Below are positions 59,274-64,000 of a DNA stretch of 64,000 bases, in pieces (position 1 is the stretch's first letter; each line of letters begins with the position of its first letter). The position numbers and the translations under genes are program-made. Below the pieces are notes generated by a model. The model had not been told where the DNA came from, made no database searches, and saw only the letters and a list, made by a program, of their open reading frames with translations. The stretch is from NCBI GenBank assembly GCA_965220265.1, contig CBDCPM010000001.1, forward strand, positions 30,803 through 94,802, in the 5' to 3' direction. This stretch comes from Dehalococcoidia bacterium. GTDB taxonomy: Bacteria; Chloroflexota; Dehalococcoidia; Lucifugimonadales; UBA3495.

Positions 59274-60530
59274 ATGCCTGTCTTTCAACGTTCCCACGTC
59301 ACGGCCCTTTCCCATCGCTTGGAGGAGGCTCCAAGCCGGATCATTGCGGTATTCGGCCCCCGGCAGACCGGCAAGACCACCATCGTACGCCAGGCACTCG
59401 GGCAGATACCGCAGCGGAGCCTTTACTTGGCAGTGGATGAACCCGATTCTCCCGCCTTCGTCTTTGAGGCCAATCCGGTCGGCAGGAATACCATCCTGGC
59501 ACCCCAGGTGCGAAATACCGAGTGGCTGGTCCGGAACTGGGAGGTGGCCAGGTCCCAGGCGGAGCGCTCCGAGGCGGGTTTCGTGTTGGTCCTGGACGAA
59601 ATCCAGAAGGTTCCCGACTGGTCCGAAACCGTCAAGGGCCTGTGGGATGCCGACCGCGCCCGGGAATGCCCCCTTCACGTCGTCATCCTGGGGTCCGCCC
59701 CTCTGCTCCTGCAATCCGGTCTGAGCGAGAGCCTGGCCGGACGCTTCGAGTCGCTCCGGGTCGCCCACTGGTCGTTTCCGGAGATGTCCCGCGCCTTTGA
59801 TTTCACCCTGGACGAATACCTTTACTTTGGCGGATACCCGGGCGCTGCGCCGTTGGTGCGTGATCAGGACCGGTGGCGCGACTACGTGCTGCAGGGCCTG
59901 ATCCAGCCCAACATCGAGCGGGACATCCTGGCCATGACCCGGGTGGACAAGCCGGCGCTACTGAGGCGGCTGTTCGAGTTGGGGGCCGAGTATTCCGGTC
60001 AGATTCTGTCCTACAACAAGATGCTGGGCCAGCTCACGGACGCCGGCAACACCACCACCCTGGCCCGGTATCTGGACCTGCTGGCCAGCGCCGGCCTGCT
60101 CGCCGGCCTGCCCAATCATTCCAACCAGGCTCACCGCCGCCGGGGATCCAGCCCCAAGCTCAACGTCCTGAACACCGCCCTGATGACCGCCGGGTCCGGG
60201 TACTCTTTCGACGAGGCACGCGCGGATCGCACCTTCTGGGGCCGGGTGGTGGAAAGCGCGGTGGGCGCGCACCTCTATAACACAGAGGCGTCGGACATCG
60301 CCCTGGAGTACTGGCGGAAGAATCAGCACGAGGTTGACTTCGTGCTGCAACGGGGTCGCCGGGTGGTGGCCATCGAGGTCAAGAGCGGCCCGCAGCGACG
60401 GGACGCCTCCGGCATGGCGGAGTTCGACAAGCAGTTCAGCCCCGTCCGCTCCCTGGTGGTGGGAGCGGACGGAATCCCTCTCAACGAGTTCCTGAGCGAG
60501 CCCGCGGAGCATTGGTTCGAGGCAGCATGA
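59274..60530 (+). CDS. AAA_14/DUF4143-type ATPase with a PD-(D/E)xK-like C-terminus
   Basis: Walker A is IIAVFGPRQTGKTTIV and Walker B is VLVLDEIQKV. ARYLDLLASAGLL is the DUF4143 block. The C-terminal HEVDFVLQRGRRVVAIEVKSG is a D...E.K motif. Confidence 0.85.
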   Translation: MPVFQRSHVTALSHRLEEAPSRIIAVFGPRQTGKTTIVRQALGQIPQRSLYLAVDEPDSPAFVFEANPVGRNTILAPQVRNTEWLVRNWEVARSQAERSEAGFVLVLDEIQKVPDWSETVKGLWDADRARECPLHVVILGSAPLLLQSGLSESLAGRFESLRVAHWSFPEMSRAFDFTLDEYLYFGGYPGAAPLVRDQDRWRDYVLQGLIQPNIERDILAMTRVDKPALLRRLFELGAEYSGQILSYNKMLGQLTDAGNTTTLARYLDLLASAGLLAGLPNHSNQAHRRRGSSPKLNVLNTALMTAGSGYSFDEARADRTFWGRVVESAVGAHLYNTEASDIALEYWRKNQHEVDFVLQRGRRVVAIEVKSGPQRRDASGMAEFDKQFSPVRSLVVGADGIPLNEFLSEPAEHWFEAA

Positions 60531-63500
60531 GCGTCATCGTCCAGCGCACCTGCACCGAGGTTTTGTCACACACGGAAGCCCAGCGCCGCGAACCGATCAC
60601 TGGGTCGCTCGAGCTGTTCCGCTCTGCCCCGGCGTATGTCCTGCTGGGCGACCCGGGCTCGGGCAAGAGCACGACGTTCACCACCGAGGCCGACTTCCTT
60701 GGCGCCGAAGGCATCTTGAAGTCCGCCCGTGATTTTCTGGCATCTGATGTCCACTGCCACCCCGAGTGGCGGGGCAAGACCCTGTTCATCGACGCATTGG
60801 ACGAGATGCGGGTCGGTTCCGGCGACCGCCGCGAAGCCCTGGACAGCATCAGGCGTTCCCTGGACGCCCTGGGCCGACCGCCTTTTCGCATCTCATGCCG
60901 GGAGGCGGATTGGCTGGGCGACAACGACCGGGAGCGGCTGGCCATGGTGTCCCCGGACGCCAGTGTGAGGGTTCTCCGGCTCGATCCCCTCACCGACCGG
61001 GATGTCGCGCAGATCCTGGAAGCGCATCCTGACGTTGGCAGCGCTCAGGGGTTCGTGTCGGAGGCGCGGGAGCGAGGAGTTGACACCCTGCTCAGCAATC
61101 CACTGACCCTGAATATGCTGGCAGCGGCCGTCAGTGGGAACGGCATCTGGCCCCAGGGTAGGCTGGAGACCTTCGAAATGGCCTGTTTCCAGATGGCCAG
61201 GGAACGCAATCGGGAACATTCTATAAGCGATCCGCCGCCTCCTGCTGAGCGACTGCTGGACGACGCCGGTCAGCTGTGCGCCGATCAGTTGCTTTCCGGC
61301 GCTGCCGGGTGGTCGCTGGTCTACGATGACACGGATACCGACTTCATCAACGTGAGCGACCTGGAGCATTCAGAGTCCGCGGCCGCGAAGCGTGCTCTGT
61401 CCTCCAGGCTCTTCACCGGATTGGGCGCTGACGGCAGTCGCGTTGCGCCGGTGCACCGACAAATCGCCGAGTTTCTCGCCGCCCGTTATCTGGCTCATCT
61501 AATCGAAGATAGACTTCCGGCCAATCGGGTCGTTCAACTGATCGCCGCGGGAGATGGGGCGGTGGTAACGGTATTTCGGGGACTGTCGGCCTGGCTGGCG
61601 GCGCTCTGCCCGGCGGCGCGCCATGATCTGATCGGCCGCGATCCCGTGGGCGTCGGGTTGTATGGCGACCTCCACGGTTTCTCCGTGGATGACAAGCGGA
61701 CGTTGCTGGCGTCTCTGAACCGTGAAGTGGCCGACTACGGCATCAATGCCGCCGCCTTTGCGCCGCTGGCCACTCCCGACATGGAGTCCGCCATCAGAGA
61801 TCTTCTGCATGATCCACGCCGGGATCGAGATCACCAGGCGGCAACGGACCTCATTCTACGCGCCCTGCGCCCTGGCGCGCCGTTGGCCGGTCTCGCGGCC
61901 GTGTTGCTCGAGGTCATCTATGACGATACCCGGTGGCCCCGCGTGACCAAAGCAGCGCTCGATGCGTTCATCCATACCACAACGGAGAGTGATGAAGGAA
62001 CAACTCGCTTGCGGCGGATACTGCTCGATACCAGCAATGGGACGATTGGCGATCCGGATAACGAACTGCTGGCGTCCCTGCTGGCCGCCCTCTATCCTGG
62101 GGAGGTACCTCCGTCGGAGATCTGGCGATATCTCACCGCGAAGGGCAATGCGGATCTCATCGGAGCCTATTTCGTGTTCTGGGAACGCCGGCTCCTGGAG
62201 CAGTCGTCCGACCGGGATATCGCGGAGCTCCTCGATCGCCTGAACGAACTGATGCCCGATCTGCGTGCGACGTTCCGGAGGTATTACCTGGACCGTCTGC
62301 CGACCAGACTCCTGGCGAGGGCCCTGGAAAGCTTGGGCGATGAACAGGAACCAGTTCGACTCTACAATTGGCTGAGCGCCGGCACCTACCCGTTTTGGGA
62401 CCCTCCCAGGTTGCCGGATAAATCCGTCGCCCAGATACGCGGCTGGCTGGAGCAGCGGCCTGATGTCTACAAAGCTCTGTTGCTGGAGGGTCTGGACCGT
62501 TGTCCGGACGGTGGCGGGTTCGACACTCATGCCGGCGAGGTCTGGAACCTCCAGCATGGCTGCGATCCTCCAGATGACTTCGGTCTGTGGTGCCTGGAAA
62601 CCGCCGTTGCGTGGGCGGACGTTCACCGCCGCGCCGCGGATCACCTGCTTTGGTATGCCGTCCACTTCTGTGGTCAGGAAGCCGGAGGCCTGGGGCTAAC
62701 CCGGTCGATTTTATGGGAACGCACCCGTGGTCACGAGGGGCTTGAACGCCGTCTGGCGGAACTCCTGCGACCGCCGCCGGCCGCACCACCCATTCCGGAG
62801 CGCAACGTTGATACCGGCCAGGCCGATGCTGATCGTGGGCGCCGGCAGTGGGTTGGGCGCGTTCGGCCTCACGCCGATGCCCTGCGCGAAAACAGAGCCA
62901 ATCCGAAGCTGCTGTTCGACTTGGCCATGGTTCATTTCGGCGGCTTCCCGCCGCCCGTGGTTGGTGTGGGTCCAGAACAGGGCCTCGCGGGAGTTCTGAG
63001 AGATGACGAACTCGTGGAGGCTACGATGGCTGGGCTCCGAGGGACGGTCAGTCGAAGCGATGTCCCCGGGGTTGCGGAGATCGTTCGGCTGTTTACCGAG
63101 TCCCAAGTGCACCCGTTGAGCCTGCCGTTTCTGGCTGGAATGGACGAAATGGGCCGGGACGATCCCGAAGGAGTGGAACGATTGGGCCCACTCCAGATGC
63201 GCCAGGCCCTGGCCTTCAACTACTGTACTCCTAATGGCCCCGACGGCGACCCGCCGTGGTATCTGAGATGGCTGGACTCGCGTCCTGAACTCGTGGCGGA
63301 TGTGCTGGTGCAGTGCGCGGTCCCAGCCATTCGCGGTGGCAAAGAGCATGTTCCCGAGCTGTATCAACTCGTCCACCATGGGAGCTACGCCCGGGTCGCC
63401 GCACACGCCAGCCCACGTCTCCTGGCGTCATTTCCGCTCCGCTGCAGTCTGCGCCAACTCGAGACGTTGGATGGATTGCTGTGGGCCGCCCTGCAGCACG

Positions 63501-64000
63501 CCGACCGGACGGCCCTGCAAGAGTTGATGGAAGAGAAACTTTCCCGGAAGAGCTTGAACCTGGCCCACCGAATCCGTTGGCTGGCGGTCGGCACGATCAT
63601 GGTGCCGGGGACCTATCTCGAACCCCTGGAAAGATTGGTCAGGGGCAGGGATGATCGGATCAGGAAGATGGCGGCTTTCTTCGCCCCCGACGAGAGCCTC
63701 CCTTTCCTGGTCGAGAGCCTGGACGCTCGAACCCTGCAGACCCTCATCGGTTTGATGGGCCGAACCTTCGAACCCATCGAGTCACGCGGTTGGGTCACCG
63801 CCGAGATGCGCGCCGCGGAGCAGGTCGACCGGTTGATACACCGGCTGGGGTCCCTGACCGGCGATGACGCGGCGCTGGCGTTGGACGCGCTGGTCGATGA
63901 TGAGGCGCTGTCAAAGTGGCGCGTTTTTTTGGCACGGGTCAGAGACCGGCAGCGAGTCATCCACCGGGATGCCTCATACCATCATCCGAATCTGGAGCAG
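60527..64000 (+). CDS. NACHT-type STAND NTPase with a long helical C-terminal region; partial, 3' end outside the window
   Basis: The frame is open from the ATG at 60527 to base 64000 (1158 codons). It is absent from the ORF track because no stop is reached. Walker A is YVLLGDPGSGKSTT (aa 37-50) and Walker B is TLFIDALDEM. LSNPLTLNML is a NACHT-typical motif. More than 800 aa of helical-repeat-like sequence follow. The ATG overlaps the upstream stop (ATGA at 60527-60530). Confidence 0.8.
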   Translation, partial: MSVIVQRTCTEVLSHTEAQRREPITGSLELFRSAPAYVLLGDPGSGKSTTFTTEADFLGAEGILKSARDFLASDVHCHPEWRGKTLFIDALDEMRVGSGDRREALDSIRRSLDALGRPPFRISCREADWLGDNDRERLAMVSPDASVRVLRLDPLTDRDVAQILEAHPDVGSAQGFVSEARERGVDTLLSNPLTLNMLAAAVSGNGIWPQGRLETFEMACFQMARERNREHSISDPPPPAERLLDDAGQLCADQLLSGAAGWSLVYDDTDTDFINVSDLEHSESAAAKRALSSRLFTGLGADGSRVAPVHRQIAEFLAARYLAHLIEDRLPANRVVQLIAAGDGAVVTVFRGLSAWLAALCPAARHDLIGRDPVGVGLYGDLHGFSVDDKRTLLASLNREVADYGINAAAFAPLATPDMESAIRDLLHDPRRDRDHQAATDLILRALRPGAPLAGLAAVLLEVIYDDTRWPRVTKAALDAFIHTTTESDEGTTRLRRILLDTSNGTIGDPDNELLASLLAALYPGEVPPSEIWRYLTAKGNADLIGAYFVFWERRLLEQSSDRDIAELLDRLNELMPDLRATFRRYYLDRLPTRLLARALESLGDEQEPVRLYNWLSAGTYPFWDPPRLPDKSVAQIRGWLEQRPDVYKALLLEGLDRCPDGGGFDTHAGEVWNLQHGCDPPDDFGLWCLETAVAWADVHRRAADHLLWYAVHFCGQEAGGLGLTRSILWERTRGHEGLERRLAELLRPPPAAPPIPERNVDTGQADADRGRRQWVGRVRPHADALRENRANPKLLFDLAMVHFGGFPPPVVGVGPEQGLAGVLRDDELVEATMAGLRGTVSRSDVPGVAEIVRLFTESQVHPLSLPFLAGMDEMGRDDPEGVERLGPLQMRQALAFNYCTPNGPDGDPPWYLRWLDSRPELVADVLVQCAVPAIRGGKEHVPELYQLVHHGSYARVAAHASPRLLASFPLRCSLRQLETLDGLLWAALQHADRTALQELMEEKLSRKSLNLAHRIRWLAVGTIMVPGTYLEPLERLVRGRDDRIRKMAAFFAPDESLPFLVESLDARTLQTLIGLMGRTFEPIESRGWVTAEMRAAEQVDRLIHRLGSLTGDDAALALDALVDDEALSKWRVFLARVRDRQRVIHRDASYHHPNLEQ

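Noticed and set aside
1-64000. Search for tRNA/tmRNA genes or att-type direct repeats that would delimit an integrated element
   Set aside because: I found no GGTTCGAATCC-type T-arm or cloverleaf candidates by eye. I found no long direct repeats bracketing the 32-64 kb region inside this window, so the boundaries, if any, lie outside it. This needs tRNAscan or whole-replicon self-alignment.

Overview
This is a high-GC (about 63-65% by eye) bacterial window with Shine-Dalgarno-led genes, and almost all of it is accessory DNA. I saw no rRNA, tRNA or CRISPR array.

Layout:
- (1) 1-2.4 kb: remnants of three different IS transposases (rve-type, IS5-type, IS1380-type) around a low-GC DUF3800 gene.
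- (2) 2.6-8.8 kb: a DUF2207-like membrane protein, a tandem bacterial-PH protein, a hypothetical gene and an Abi_2 (AbiD/F-like) gene.
- (3) 9.07-10.52 kb: an IS66-family element with 18-bp terminal inverted repeats and 8-bp flanking repeats.
- (4) 10.6-12.6 kb: a Gp37/Gp68 three-Cys protein plus a TcmP pair.
- (5) 13.4-19.1 kb: an ammonium transporter without glnK, hypothetical genes, and DUF5679 plus NurA.
- (6) 19.2-27.2 kb: DegV and serine-recombinase remnants, an Ig-like ORF, and a 1973-aa secreted FN3/LRR/propeller protein with 666-bp near-identical tandem repeats.
- (7) 27.7-31.9 kb: a GAF-PAS-HisKA kinase that lacks its ATPase domain, an HNH endonuclease and an IstB remnant.
- (8) 32.1-39.2 kb: a plasmid-like replication and partition module (iterons, RHH, Toprim primase-like protein, RepA/AAA_25 ATPase, large putative initiator, ParA plus RHH).
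- (9) 39.4-64 kb: a dense toxin-antitoxin and defence-type island. It holds:
  - an orphan PD-(D/E)xK protein and a truncated EEP nuclease;
  - three NERD-like paralogues around a UvrD-type helicase;
  - BrnT/BrnA and a Cre-like tyrosine recombinase;
  - a motif-degenerate DNA-methyltransferase-like gene, VapC with a composite antitoxin, and a HEPN-like gene;
  - RHH/RelE fused in an operon to a DEAD-helicase/PD-(D/E)xK fusion;
  - DUF429, a 501-aa PIN-like protein and a DUF4268-like gene;
  - a DUF4143 ATPase translationally coupled to an effector-less NACHT/STAND NTPase that runs off the window end and is therefore missing from the ORF track.

Best candidates for undescribed systems:
- the NERD x3 + SF1 helicase cassette (41980-46301);
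- the palindrome-controlled DUF4143-ATPase + NACHT pair (59229-64000);
- the RelE-linked helicase-nuclease (51617-54797);
- a pair of about 300-nt homologous non-coding elements (about 6320-6625 and about 12650-12975).

Limits: all family names come from motif recognition by eye and no searches were run. Start codons were chosen from SD context. Several intergenic stretches (29.1-30.5 kb, 37.65-38.39 kb, 40.5-41.98 kb, 55.6-56.26 kb) remain unexplained.
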